In this document: in pieces, positions 24,665 through 37,225 of the stretch
Position numbering within the stretch: position 1 is the first letter of the stretch
Layout: the number at the start of each line of letters is the position of its first letter
Assembly (NCBI GenBank): GCA_038087875.1
Contig: CM075989.1
Span: 2,170,001 to 2,234,000 of the forward strand
Source: Malacoraja senta
Lineage: Eukaryota
DNA: 64,000 bases
Direction: 5' to 3'
Notes under the pieces: model-generated
What the model saw: only the letters and a program-made list of their open reading frames with translations
Told to the model about the DNA's origin: nothing
Database searches by the model: none
Made by a program: the position numbers and the translations under genes

Positions 24665-25195
24665 ATCTATAAGAGTCATAGAGTCATACAGCATGGAAAC
24701 AGGCCCTTCAGCCAAACTTGCCCACACCGACCAACATATCCCATCTACACTAGTCCCACCTGCCTTTGTTTGGCCCAAATCCCACTAAACCTATCCTATC
24801 CATGTACCAGTCTAACTGTTAAACATTGCAATAGTCCCTGCCTCAACTACCTCCTCTGGCAGCTCATTCCATACACCCACCACCCCTTGTGTGAAAAAGG
24901 TAACTCTCAGATTCCTATTAAATCTTTCCCTCTTCACCTTACACCAATGTCCTCTGGTTCTCAATTCCCCTATTCTGGGCAAAATCATCCCAAGGAATAG
25001 TGTCCCAGCTTACTCAACCTCTCTCTATTGCTCAGACCCTTGAATCCAGTCAACATCCTCATAAATCTTCTCTGTATCCTTTCCAAGTTGACAACATCCA
25101 GTAACATGGTACCCAGAACTGAACACAATACTCTAAATTCAGCTGCACAAATGTCTCATACAATTGCAACATGACCTCCCAACTTCTACACTCTT
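24665..25195 (-). mobile_element. CR1 3' fragment
   Basis: (agagtcat)n tail and CR1 3' UTR/ORF2 end. Confidence 0.8.
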
Positions 25196-25629
25196 CTTCA
25201 GACTCCAGACAAAGTTTCTCAGTATTTGTAGATCACCTCAAAGCTGTAAATCACACGTTATACTTTGCTCTTCTGAAGTCCTTGGATTTTTGGACCAACT
25301 TTGCCTCAAGTCACAGGATTTGAATTGTAGAAGGACGTTTCTCCCAAGCTAACTACTGATGGGCACATTACAGCCTTATAGACTCATCAGGGAGTCAAAC
25401 AATTCCTGATCATCACATAGACAGATTTCTAACCATTCCCCTCTAGTGATTTCAGATTATGATTCTGTTCTCCTCCATTAATACAACTTTCAGAACAATT
25501 ACTTGTCTCATTGCCATCTTTCCATTTGTATTATCAACTCCTTTAACGTTCACTTTCTCCTGAATGACCCCATAATTGATTATTCATCTTGTTCGCTTCT
25601 TCTTATTCCCATTCTTTAAACCAATGTCT

Positions 25630-25808
25630 CTCTACGCTCCAAAGACATACATGTTTGTAGGTTAATTGACGGTGCAAGTGCAAATTGTCCCCAGTGTGTG
25701 TGTTGGGTAGCGTTAATGTGCAGGGATCGCTGGTTGGCGCGGACTCGGTGGGCCGGAGGGCCAGTTTCCGTGCTGTATCTCCAAACTAAAATCAACTAAA
25801 CTAAACTA
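25630..25808 (+). mobile_element. V-SINE 3' half
   Basis: gtaggttaatt...gggatcgctgg...(ctaaa)n. Confidence 0.8.
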
Positions 25809-26297
25809 TCTCCACAATGGCTGCCTGACCTGGTGAATATTTCCAGTGCTTCAGATTCACAACTGTATTTAATATGTGTACACATTTTTTTGGGGGGGAA
25901 TATTGGGCTTACGGATGGCAAATGATAAGTTCCCATCTACAACAGAGACAAGAATTAATAACTGCACAATGTCAACAGATGCATATTTCATGGGAGCAAG
26001 CTGATATTAATGTTTTGCAGACATATATTTAGTTTTAAAGTGTAGTTACAAATGCAAGAATGTCATCTTCTTCAATAATTAAATACCACTAAAAACCATA
26101 AGGAAAGATTGCGTTTAATGGATCCGGAGCCAGTGAAGTCTCACTGTCTCAGTGGGAACTGCATAAAGCAATAATAATTCTCAGCGATCAAATTAAGCAC
26201 ATTGTGAGCTTCAATTACTAGTATTCATTTAACATGCACGGTAAACATTGTGCACAATACTTCAGCAGCAATTCACAGAACACAACAGAAGAAGGAG

Positions 26298-26555
26298 GAT
26301 AGGCACACAATGCTGGAGTAACTCAGCGAGACAGGCAGCATCTCTGGATAGAAGGAATGGGTGACATTTTGGGTCGTGACCCTTCATCAGACTGGGGAGA
26401 AAGGTCTCGACCCGAAGACTCAGCCTGAAGAAGGGTCACGACCCGAAATGTCACCTATTCCTTCTCTCCGGAGATGCTGCCGGTCCGGCTGAGTTACTCC
26501 AGCATTTTGTGTCTATCTTCGGTTTAAACCAGCATCTGCAGTTCCTTCCTGCACA
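26298..26555. repeat. Fold-back inverted pair of Penelope-pLTR-derived repeats with hammerhead motifs
   Basis: Arms of about 90 bp (26300-26390 and 26425-26515) are reverse complements of each other. Confidence 0.85.
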
Positions 26556-26654
26556 GAAGAAGGAGGAATTGGCTGTATATACTTCCACCGTTCAATATCA
26601 CGGCTGATCCACAACTGAGACACCTTCTCAACCGCATCTTCTGAACTCTTGGTG

Positions 26655-27085
26655 ATCATAAGCGATAGAAGCAGAATTAGGCCATTTGGCCCATCAAGCC
26701 ACTCCGCCATTCAATCACGGCTGATATAACTCTCCTTCCTAACCCCATTCTCCTGCCTTCTCCCCATAACCCCTGACACCCTGATCAGTCTCTCAGTATC
26801 ACCCCTGGATAAACAAAGGTACACAGTTGAAGCAACCTACTACACCAATACTGCAGAGGCTTTAATAGGAATCTGAGGGGTCACTTTCTCACGCAAAGGG
26901 CAATGGGTGTATGGGACGAGCTACCAGAGGAGGTAGTTGAGGGTGGGACTATCACAATGTTTAAGAAGCAATTAGACAGGTACATGGATAGGTTTAGAGG
27001 GACTAGTGTAGAGGGGACATATTGGTCGGTATGGGTAAGTTGGGCCGAAGGGCCTGTTTCCACACTGTATGACTGTAAACTCTAT
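26655..27085. mobile_element. Two CR1 3' fragments (minus 26655-26790, plus 26860-27085)
   Basis: CR1 3' UTR hairpin; ORF fragment VWDELPEEVVE..FKKQLDRYM. Confidence 0.75.
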
Positions 27086-27129
27086 AGGGTGTGATGTGAG
27101 AGAGTTTCACGTTGGATTGATTGATTGAA

Positions 27130-27735
27130 AGATACACCAAGTCCACACCAACCATCAATCACCACTTCACATTAGTTCAATGTTATCCAAATGCACTCCT
27201 TACACATTAAGTGTGATTTACAGAGGGTAATTAACCGAAAAACCTGCACATCTTTGAGATGTGGGAGGAAACCAGAGCACCCGGGGGAAACACACACAGT
27301 CACGGGGTGAACATGCAAACTCCACACAGACAACAGTAAAGTCAGGATCAAACCCGGGCCTCTGCTGCCCCACTGCGGATGGTGCTGGTCAGCTGGTGAA
27401 GTTGAAGCCCTCAGCCTGACAAACACAACATGTCATTAACCATCTTTAGTTTAGTTTAGTTTAGAGATACAGCATAGAACCAGGCCCTTCGGCCCAACAA
27501 GTTAGCGCCGACCAGCAATCCCTGCACACTAACACTGTCCTACACACACTGGGGACAATTTACAATTATAACAAACCTATTAACCTACAAACCTGTACGT
27601 CTTTGGAGTGTGGGAGGAAACCAGAGATCCCGGAGAAAACACACGCAGGTCACAGGGAGAACGTACAAACTCCATACAGACAGCACCCGTAGTCAGGATC
27701 GAGCCCAGGCCTCTGACGCTGTAATGCAGCACTAT
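27130..27735 (-). mobile_element. Two V-SINEs (27130-27365 diverged; 27445-27735)
   Basis: V-domain motif tgtgggaggaaaccagag and (tttag)n tail. Confidence 0.85.
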
Positions 27736-27794
27736 CACGGCGATATAACGATATAACTATCGATATAACTATCTATATCAGAGCAGATGTTCTT

Positions 27795-29050
27795 TTCTTA
27801 GAGGAGGCTCTCACCAGGGTCTCCTCTAAATCCCGTAGCTCCGCTCTCATTCCCCATCCCCCCACTCGTAACAAGGGCAGAGTCCCCCTTGTCCTCACCT
27901 TCCACCCTACCAGCCATCACATACAACAAATAATCCTCCGACATTTTCGCCACCTCCAACGGGATCCCACCACAGGCCACATCTTCCCATCTCCTCCCCT
28001 TTCGGCTTTCCGCAGAGACCGCTCCCTCTGTAACTCCCTGGTCAATTCGTCCCTTCCCACCCAAACCATCCCCTCCCCAGGTACCTTCCCTTGCATCCGC
28101 AGGAAATGCTACACTTGTCGCTTTACCTCCCCTCTTGACTCCATCCAAGGACCCAAACAGTCTTTCCAGGTGCGGCAGAGGTTGACCTGCACCTCCTCCA
28201 ACCTCATCTATTGCATCCACTCCTCTAGGTGTCAGCTGCTCTACATCGGTGAGACCAAGCACAGGCTTGGCGATCGCTTCGCCCAACACTTCCGCTCAGT
28301 TCGCATTAACCAACCTGATCTCCTGGTGGCTCAGCACTTCAACTCCCCCTCCCATTCTGAATCCGACCTTTCTGTCCTGGACCTCCTCCATGGCAAGAGA
28401 ATTGGAGGAGCAGCACCTCATATTTCGCTTGGGTAGTTTACACCCCAGCGGTATGAACATTGACTTCTCCAATTTCAGGTAGTCCTTGCTTTTCTCTCCT
28501 TCTCCTCCCCTTCCCAGCTCACCCACAGCCTACTGTCTCCGCCTCTTCCTTTCTTCTTCCCGCCTCCCCCCCCCCACCACATCCATCTGAAGAAGGGTCT
28601 CGACCCAAAACATCACCTATTCCTTCGCTCCAGAAATGCTGCCTCACCCGCTGAGTTTCTCCACATTTTTGTCTACCTTCTTTTCTTTGGAACTTACTCT
28701 TCCACATGAAACCCATAGGAAGGAAAACGTGGATATAGAATATAGTATAGTAATGCAAATTGGAGGAACAGCATCTCATATTTCGCTTGGGCAGCTTACA
28801 GACCAATGGTATGAATATTGATTCCTCTCACTTCAGGTAACCCCGGCATTCCCTCTCTCTCTATCCCTCCCCCACCCAAGTCGCACCAGCTTCTCGTTTC
28901 ACCCAACAAACAGCTAACAATGGCCTGTTTCCTTTATCTTTCATTCATTGTTCTTTAACTCTCCACATCATCGTCTGTATCTCTCGTTTCCCTTATCCCG
29001 AACCAGTCTGAAGAAGGGTCTCGACTCGAAACATCACACATTCCTTCTCT
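27795..29050 (+). mobile_element. Penelope-like element fragment (linker with Cys cluster, GIY-YIG, pLTR), followed by a second pLTR fragment (28750-29050)
   Basis: Plus frame reads RVPLVLTFHP...GTFPCIRRKCYTC...NLIYCIHSSRCQLLYIGETKHRLGDRF; hammerhead motifs at 28587 (mutated) and 29008-29035. Confidence 0.9.
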
Positions 29051-29194
29051 TACAGCATCAGAGACCCGGGTTCGATCGCGAGTATGGGTGCCGATTGCAT
29101 GGAGTTTGTACGTTCTCCCCGTGACCGCGTGGGTTTTCTAACAAAGCTAAAACAAAACTAAATTGTGTTTTTCACTAACGTCTTGTTTATTTTT

Positions 29195-30016
29195 TTGCGC
29201 GACTGACGTCGCAGCGGCTTCTGCAGTCTGTCTGTCTTTTTAAAAATAAATTTGTCCCGTTGAGTGTAGTTTGTAGCTTTTTTAATTGTTTTTAAATGGG
29301 TATGTGTGGGAAGTGGGTGGGGGAAACTTTAAAATCTCTTTCCCTGTCGGGTCTCCGGTGTCGTTGGGGCCCAGCACCGTGGAGCGGCCTCCAACCGGAA
29401 CGACCTGGGGCTCCACTCGCGGAGCCTGCGGACTACTCACCATCGTGGAGCTGGCCGAGTTCGGAGCGTGGAGAGCTGTGGTGGCGCGCTGCTGCGGCCC
29501 GACCCCGGAGATTCGGAGGCTCCAGCCGCAGGTCTGGTGGACGGTGACATCGGGAGCTCGCGGGTCCATGGTGGGAGACCGCTTTTCGGAGCTCCCGCAA
29601 CGGCAGCTACTCCCGCCCAAGTTGCGGGGTTGAAAATGACCTGGAGCGGGGCCTTACATCATCCGGCGCGGCTTTAACGGTCGTGGGACTTGCCAGCACC
29701 CGCCGGGGGCTCCAACATCAAGACCCGGAGCACGGCCTTTCATCGCCCCTCGCGGCATTAATGGCCATGGGACTTACTTGCCATCGCCTGCCGGGGGCTT
29801 TGACTTTGACATCGGGAGAAGAATGGGGAGAGCAGGGGAGAGATAAGACTTTGCCTTCCATCACAGTGAGGAGGAGATTCACTGTGATGGATGTTTGTGT
29901 AAATTGTGTTGTGTCTTGGTTCTTTTCTTGTTGTATGACTGCAGAAACCAAATTATGTTTGAACTTCAATTGAGGTTCAAATGACAATAAACGGTATTGT
30001 ATTGTATTGTATTGTG
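29195..30016 (+). mobile_element. Unclassified CpG-rich non-autonomous retroelement with Rex1-like 3' end and (TATTG)n tail
   Basis: Very GC/CpG-rich body. The 3' end (taagactttgccttccatcacagtgagg...aatgacaataaa) is shared with 37683-37890. Confidence 0.55.
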
Positions 30017-30436
30017 TTCTTTCCACCGCCCTGTAGAATTGATGTGTAATTCATCAATAATTTGTGTTTGGTGTGTTGTCTGAGTCCTTGTGTCCGTGAT
30101 GCTGCTTGTATGGTATTGTATGGTATTGTATGGCAATAAACTCAACTTGACTTTGAGAGAAGATTTATGAGGATGTTGCCATAGTTGGAAAATTATAGTA
30201 AAGAGCAGGAATGTGCAAGGCTGGGTGGGGTTGTTTTCTTTCAGTCAAAGAAGACTGAAGAGAGATTTAAATGAGAAGCAGCAAGGTTATGTGAAACCTG
30301 TACACAGAATGGATCCATTTCCTTTAGCTGAGAGCTTTGTAAGTAATGGACATAGATTTGTATGAATTGGCGGAAGAATTCGGAAGGAGCAGAGGGATTT
30401 GTGTTCTTTCAGCAAGTGCAGGGCTTTATACTGTTA

Positions 30437-30766
30437 TGGCCCTGTCCCACAGTACAAGTTCATTCCAAGAGCTCTCCCGTGTTTGCCCTGATTCAAACTC
30501 GGAGATTTACGGTAATGGCCACTCGGCGGTATTCGGGGCTCTCGTGGACATTTTTCAACATGTTGAAAAATCTTCACGAGTCTTCCCGTGCTTACCTGCC
30601 GTTAGCGAGTCTTCCCGTGTACCTGCCGTTAGCGCTACGAGCCGGTATGAGACGTCCCCGAGCTCCGACGTACCCGCTACGTTCATTCTCTGTGCTTACC
30701 ACGAGTTTGATTTTTTTTAAGCTCGGGATAGTTCTTGGAATGAACACGTACCTTGGGACAGGGCCA
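30437..30766. mobile_element. PIF/Harbinger-like MITE (subfamily C)
   Basis: TIR tggccctgtcccacagtac / gtaccttgggacagggcca, extended by ttcattccaaga / tcttggaatgaa; tta/taa flanks. Confidence 0.8.
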
Positions 30767-31107
30767 TAACTCACAACATGTAAGGGTGGTGTAAGTTAAT
30801 TAGAATTAAGTAAGAATTTCATTGTTCTATCTGGGACATATGACAATAAAACACTCTAGACTCTTGGTGGAGGCAAAAACAGTGAGCATTTCTTAAGCAT
30901 TTAAATATTTGAATACAGGACTGAGAGATTGCAAGTGAGAGTATCCTGGTCTATTTTAAGCCAGATGCATATGATGGGCCAAATGGTCTTCTGCGCTGTA
31001 AATGTCACAATTCTGTGCCACATTTGAGTCATAGTACTCAAAAGGTGATCTGTAGTTCTTTGTGGTCAAGGTCAGCTTGGGGCTGCACAGGGTGGTTCAA
31101 GAACCTG

Positions 31108-31492
31108 CAATGTAGGAAGGAACTGTAGATGCTGGTTTACTCTGAAGATAGACACAAAAAGCTGGAGTAACTCAGCGGGTCAAGCAGCGTCTCTGGAGAA
31201 AATAGGTGATGTTTCGGGTCGAGACCCTTCTTCAGTCTGAGAGTCCCACAGGGGAGAGGGAAAGGAGAGATATAGACGGTGATGTCGAGAGATGTAGAAC
31301 AAATGAATGAAAGATATTGGAGAACAACAAACTAGAGGTATGAAAAGGTACAGAGGAAATCAGAGCCGGCTCCAATGACTCAGGAAAGGTGGAGCCCACA
31401 ATGGTCCATTGTTGGCTGTGGAAGAGGTGATAATGAAGTGATACAAACAGTGAAACTACCGAGACAACTAGGGTAGGGGAGGGATGGAGAGG
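31108..31492 (-). mobile_element. Penelope pLTR-derived repeat with hammerhead motif (31208-31235)
   Basis: Minus strand CTGAAGAAGGGTCTCGACCCGAAACATC; same family as 21170-21540. Confidence 0.8.
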
Positions 31493-32159
31493 GCCTCGTA
31501 GTTAGTCATGGAGTCATACAGCACGGAAACAGGCCCTTCGGCCCATCACGTCCATTGCAGGGAATCTGAATTGCAGTGTAACCTATGAAGAGTTAATGCG
31601 GTTTCCCAGAGAGTATGTTATACAATGTGACAAACCTTTAGCTTGGGTGCAGCAGTCAATACAGAGCACTACACAACTAATTTCACTTTAATTAACTAGT
31701 TTGTATGTTGCCCTCATAAATTTTCTAAAGAGCAATCTAAATGCAGCCCCCAACCCCCAACACAGCGCAGGCTGCAAGACCCAGTTAATCTTTTTTTCTT
31801 TAATTAGCCCTGTTTACTGGAATGAAAATGAGAGATGAGACCTTCGGCTTATCAGAGGTGCACCAGAAAATACCAAAGGAAGTGCATGTGACGGGGAGGT
31901 GAGACGGGAGTGCGGTTGATGATGGCAGCTACGGCCCAAAGCATTCCCAACAGCTCGTTTGTATTGACATTTCCAAATGGATGAGCTGATTACGCCTGAG
32001 CCCCCATTAACACCAGCGAGGCCAGATGGGCAATAACAAGTGCCTTTGCAAGATGCACTTCTCAGTGAGAGGCAAGTTTTTAAACAGATGCCTTCCATTG
32101 AATACACAGCCTGATGGATAATGGTTGGCAAGCAAAACCCAGTTGTTTGTCCCCAAAAG

Positions 32160-32470
32160 TGTTTAGTTTAGAGATACAGCACGGAAACAGGCCCATCGGC
32201 CGATCAATGCGGCACTAACAAGCTGGAACACTATCCCCCACACACACACACACACACACACACGAGGGACAATTTTCAATTTAACCAAAGCCAATTAACC
32301 TACAAACCTGTACGTCTTTGGAGTGTGGGATGAAACCGAAGATCTCGGAGAAAACCCACGCAGGTCACGGGGAGAACGTACAAACTCCGTACAGACAGCA
32401 CCTGTAGTCAGGATCGAACCGGGGTCTCTGGCGCTGTAAGGCAGCAACTCTACTGCTGTGTCACCATGCC
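32160..32470 (-). mobile_element. V-SINE with internal (CA)n microsatellite (32239-32263)
   Basis: tRNA head, V-domain and tail. Confidence 0.88.
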
Positions 32471-32977
32471 GCCCAGTGTGGTGAGATTGAGAGTCTGCTG
32501 CTGTTAAAGAGGGAAGCTGGACAGATGCAGAAACAGGACAAGAATAGAGGGCCTTTCTGTTGGATAGACACAGAGTGGTTGTATCACAATTGAACACTCT
32601 TCACCGGTGGCAGCAACCTCCATAACATCACACTGGTAACACTGCTTTGCAGGAACATTATCCAACAGCACTTTGTAAAAGATGAAATACAGTATGTAGG
32701 AAGGAACTGCAGGTGCTGGTTTAAACCGCAGATAGTGAAAATGCTGCAGTAACTCAGCTGGGAAGGGTGTTGACCTGAAATGTCACCTATTCCTTTTCCC
32801 CAGAGATGCTCCCTGCCCTGCCGAGTTACTCCAGCTTTTTGTGTCTATCTTCAGCACTTTGTAAAACATGCCTCCTGGAATACCCCACAAATAAAGGAAG
32901 CTGTACAGGATTGACAGGGAATTTTGATTCTGATCATTGATTTGTTTAATTCTCTCAAACATGAAACTGCATTGAAG

Positions 32978-33556
32978 TTTAGTTTAGAGATGCAGCATGG
33001 AAACAGGCCCTTCGGCCCACCCATTCACACTAATTCTATGTCATCCCACATTCCCATCCTCGTTACACAATAGAGTCCGTTTTGACAGAGGCTAATTAAC
33101 CTATAGACCCAGACGCCTTTGGAATGTGGATGGAAACCAGAGTTAAAAGGTCACAGGGAGAATGTACAAACTCCACACCAAAGATCCTATAGCAAGCAAG
33201 ATCCTATAGCAAGCAGAGACGGAAGCCGGTTACGGAAATATCCTCGTAAAAATAAAAGTTATTTGGGAAACATTTTCTCCTCATTTTCAGAATGATAATT
33301 TAATAACACAAACTGTTCCCCCGCAACGCTGATTACACTGCGAGTCTGGATCGGTCGGGTTACGGAAATGGATGAAAAAAAGGCCCACGTTCTGCTCCGT
33401 TGCGTACTACACGTCATCCCATTGCATTTAGAAGGAGTGGTCTATCTTGCTTGCTATAGGATCTTTGCTCCACATAGTCAACACTCGAGGTCAGGATTGA
33501 ATCCTGATCTCTGGTGCTGTGAGGCAGCAGCTCCACCTGCTACGCCACTGTGCCAC
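32978..33556 (-). mobile_element. V-SINE interrupted by a hAT-like MITE
   Basis: SINE sequence resumes after 33467. Confidence 0.8.
33179..33467. mobile_element. hAT-like MITE
   Basis: 23-bp TIR caaagatcctatagcaagcaaga / tcttgcttgctataggatctttg; 8-bp TSD ctccacac / ctccacat. Confidence 0.85.
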
Positions 33557-33684
33557 CCCGTTTTAACAGTGGAATCATTTTATAAAACGATACAGACAGA
33601 GGTGGCCTGCGTCAGTGTGGAGGAGCGTTGAGCAGTCCAGCATCTAACCGTTAGTTTTGGAAACTTCAAGCAGCAGAGAAATTT

Positions 33685-33970
33685 GTTTTGTTCAGTTTAG
33701 AGATACAGGCCCTTTGTCCCAGTCGTGCCAACTGATCCCAGCACACTAACACTATCCTACACACACTAGGGACAATTTACAATTTTATCGAAGTCAATTA
33801 ACCTACAAACCTGTGTGTCTTTGGAGTGTGGGAGGAAACCAAAGATCTCGGCAAAAGCCCACGCAGGTCACGAGGAGAAGGTACAAACTCCGTACAGACA
33901 GCACCTGTAGTGAGGATCGGACCTTGTTCTCTGGCGCTGTAAGGCAGCAGCTCTACTGCTGCACCACTGT
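33685..33970 (-). mobile_element. V-SINE
   Basis: Same family motifs. Confidence 0.85.
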
Positions 33971-34695
33971 ACGAACAATAATTCAATACACATGATCCCC
34001 CAGCAGCCACATACAGTTCCTGTTCCTACAACGGAGGACTGCTTCCAATGCCCACAAACCAATGTTGTGTCCAGTGATTAGAATGCCTTCCACACGGAGT
34101 GTTCATGTTTTGTAGTCAGATATGCACTGAAATGAACTGGCAAATTTCACTATTCATTCCTGGCTTCCTGCTGACTGTTGTGAACCTGTGCTGCTGGTTT
34201 ATTGCAATAATCATGTCTTACATTGTTGAACATCTTGTTAAACTATCAAAGATTGTCACACGGAACAATGCTTTAAAACAGAGTCCCTTTAGATCTCTGA
34301 CAGCCAAAGTCAAACAGGCTTTGAGAGACATGTTTTCTGCTACATGCAGCCCATTATTTATGTATGATGTGGACATATAGTGACAGGCTTATTCACACTC
34401 AGAGTGTACTTGATGAAGGCTGCAGACAGGACAAGCTGAACAGGCCTGACATCCAGCATTGGCGGGTTTGTTCTGAACGCAGTAGGAAATGGTTCGAATA
34501 CAGCATCACTTGCACGCACACTTTAATACGGAAATATACCTCCAGTGAAATATCTATGTTCAAACAGCTGCAGTAACTCATCGGGACAGGCAGCATCTCT
34601 GGAGAGAAGGAATGGGTGATGTTTGGGGTCAAGACCCTACTTCAGACTCCATCTGTCCCCCATACTGTCTCGTGTGTGTGTGTGTGTGTGCTCCA

Positions 34696-34797
34696 CTCTG
34701 ACAGTCGCCGTTCCAGTTGCCGGTTATTCAGGCGACTGCCGGCAACTTGACAGTCGCCAGCAATCTGCTGAAAAATCACCTAAGTGGGACAGGCCCA
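34696..34797. mobile_element. PIF/Harbinger-like MITE, single end (subfamily D)
   Basis: cctaagtgggacaggccca followed by tta. Confidence 0.7.
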
Positions 34798-34902
34798 TTA
34801 GTCATGATTTACCAGTACACCAATCCACGCCACGGCAGCTTCCTATCACCTCTGGGATTATCATAGAAGAACACTCTTGCTGGAAGGGAACCTTAACCCT
34901 CA

Positions 34903-35300
34903 TAATAGGAGCTGCAGATGCTGGTTTAAACCAAAGATAGACACAAAAAGTTGGAGTTACTCAACGGGTCAGGCAGCATCTCTGGAGGGAAGGAATAGAT
35001 GATGTTTCGGGTCAGGACCATTCTTCAGACGTAGGGAAAGGGAAATGAGAGATATCTCGGTGATATAGAGAGATAGAGAACAAATGAATGAAAGTTATGC
35101 AAAACGTAACGATGATCAAGGAAATGTGGGGCCCACAATGGTCCATTGTTGGCTGTGGTGATAATGAGTTACACAGACAGTGAAACTCAACAGGACGACA
35201 GTGAAACTAGTACAACTAGACTGGGGGAGGGACGGAGAGAGAGGGGATGCAAGGGTTACTTGAAGTTAGAGAAATCAATATTCTTACCGCTGGGTTGTAA
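34903..35300 (-). mobile_element. Penelope pLTR-derived repeat with hammerhead motif (35001-35028)
   Basis: Same family as 31108-31492; extends to the GIY-YIG C-terminal end. Confidence 0.8.
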
Positions 35301-35544
35301 GATACCCTCATAATATACCTCTGCTCAATCTCCATTCTAATCCTCTTTCAGATTGTTCTTACAAACTATTATTCCTCAAGGGATTAAATAGTTCGAAACT
35401 TTGTGTGCTGAGAGTTACAGAAAGTGTCACCGAATTAAAAGGATAAAGTGTGCAAATAATCTTGTGTTCGTTCTCACATTGCACAAGTTCCACACCAACA
35501 TCTTCCTTCAATAAGACAATATTCATTGGCAACCTTTGCCAGTG

Positions 35545-36005
35545 TGGAAAGAGCGCAGAGGAGATTTATAAGGATGTTGCCAAGACTCGAGGGCCTGAGC
35601 TCCAGGGGGCTCAGACTGGGCATGCTAGGACTATATTTCTTGGAGCGTAGGAGGCTGATGGGTGATCTTATAGACGTGTATAAAATCTTGAGAGGAATAG
35701 ATGAGGTGCGAGTAGGAATTAAGAACCTGAGGACATATCTTTAAGTAGAGAGGTAAAAGATATAATAGGAACCTGAGGGGCAACATTTTCACACAGAGGC
35801 GGGTATATGGAATGAGCTGCCGGAGGAGGTATTTGAACCAGGTACTTTAACAACATTTAAAAGGCATTTGGACATGCACATGGATAGGGAAGATTTAGTG
35901 GGATGTGGGAAAAACTTAGGCAAATGGGACATCCTAATGGGGCATCTTGGTTAGTGTGAACAAGTTGGGCCAAAGGCCCTGTGTCTATGCAGTTTGACTC
36001 TATCT
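35545..36005 (+). mobile_element. CR1 3' fragment
   Basis: ORF 35526-35744 (ERAQRRFIRMLPRLEGLS..RRRLMGDLIDVYKIL). Confidence 0.85.
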
Positions 36006-36328
36006 ATAGTGAGCAAAAGCAACTATAGCACCACTGCCCATTATCAACAGGGGTGCCACCATCAGCATACATCAAGAGACTGAATTTGCAAAAGGAACAG
36101 AAGAAACAAAGAAGAAACAAAGAGCTGCAGTTTGTTGGTTTCATACCAAAGATATACACAAAGTGCTGGCGTAAGCCAATGGGTCAGGCAGCATCTCTGG
36201 AGGAAAAGGTGATACGTTTCCGACGGGGACCCTTCTTCAGTCTGAAATGTACCCATACTTACTCTGCAGAGATACTGCCTGCCTCACTGAGTTACCACAG
36301 CACTTTGTTTCTAACTTTGCAACAGTAA

Positions 36329-36733
36329 TGGGCCTGTCCCACTTAGGCGATTTTTTCGGCGACTGCCAGCAACTGTCATAGTCGTAGCAGGTCGCCGAAC
36401 AACCAGCGACTGGACCCCCCACGGCAATGTCTACGACAATGTCTACAACAACCTACCACCTAGTTGACGTCAAGCTACTGTCAACCGGTGACCCATTAGG
36501 ACGTTCACCTACGACCACACCTACGACAACCCACGTCCACCCGCGACAAGCTACGACAAGGTTCGACCCTGTCGGCCACAACTGAAGACAACTTAAGACA
36601 ATTCAGTCGCCGGTACCTGTCGCCAGTTGACGTAGGTAGTCGCTAGTGGAATTCACCGAAGTCAGCACCGGCGTAAATCTGCGTCATCCTGGTGACAACC
36701 TACGACAGCACCCATGTCAGGAGAAGTCAAGCC
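36329..36733. mobile_element. PIF/Harbinger-like MITE, single end (subfamily D), CGAC-rich
   Basis: taa followed by tgggcctgtcccacttaggcga; internal ctacgac repeats; second TIR not seen. Confidence 0.75.
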
Positions 36734-36934
36734 AACATCCCTTGTTCACAACTAGAAGCCGGACTCATCTGATTCCACGGCCAACAACCCACATCAGCGT
36801 TTACATTCTCAATGTAGGCTAGACGGTCTTAGAAGTAAACAGTTCATTCCTTTTTCAATGTCCTGCCCAGGAACAATTGGGTCTATCTTGTACAATGGGA
36901 TCACATTGAGAAACTAAATGTGATGCTAGTTAGG

Positions 36935-37225
36935 TTGTGGAGCCGGATTGTCAAAGCTGCCACAGCCAGACATAAAAACAGTTTTTATCCACGAGTAGTT
37001 GCTCTACTCAACAGCCAAAAATCTGTAGCCTCCCTTTGATCTGGTATTTTGTTGGTTCACATGCTTGATCAATGGTGTTTTATCATTAATGTTAATGTTT
37101 AGTGTTATCTGAGTCATTCGTAACTGTCACTGTATGTCATGTTGTTACTTGTGGGCAGAGCACCAAGGCAAATTCCTTGTATGTGAATACTTGGCCAATA
37201 AACTTACTTACTTACTTACTTACTT
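36935..37225 (+). mobile_element. Rex1/Babar-like 3' end with (CTTA)n tail
   Basis: gccagacataaaaacagtttttatcc (RHKNSFYP-like), AATAAA and (ctta)n. Confidence 0.6.

Noticed and set aside
34696..36733. Two subfamily-D TIRs as the ends of one composite transposon
   Set aside because: The element bodies extend away from each other (a right end precedes a left end), so they are separate partial copies.
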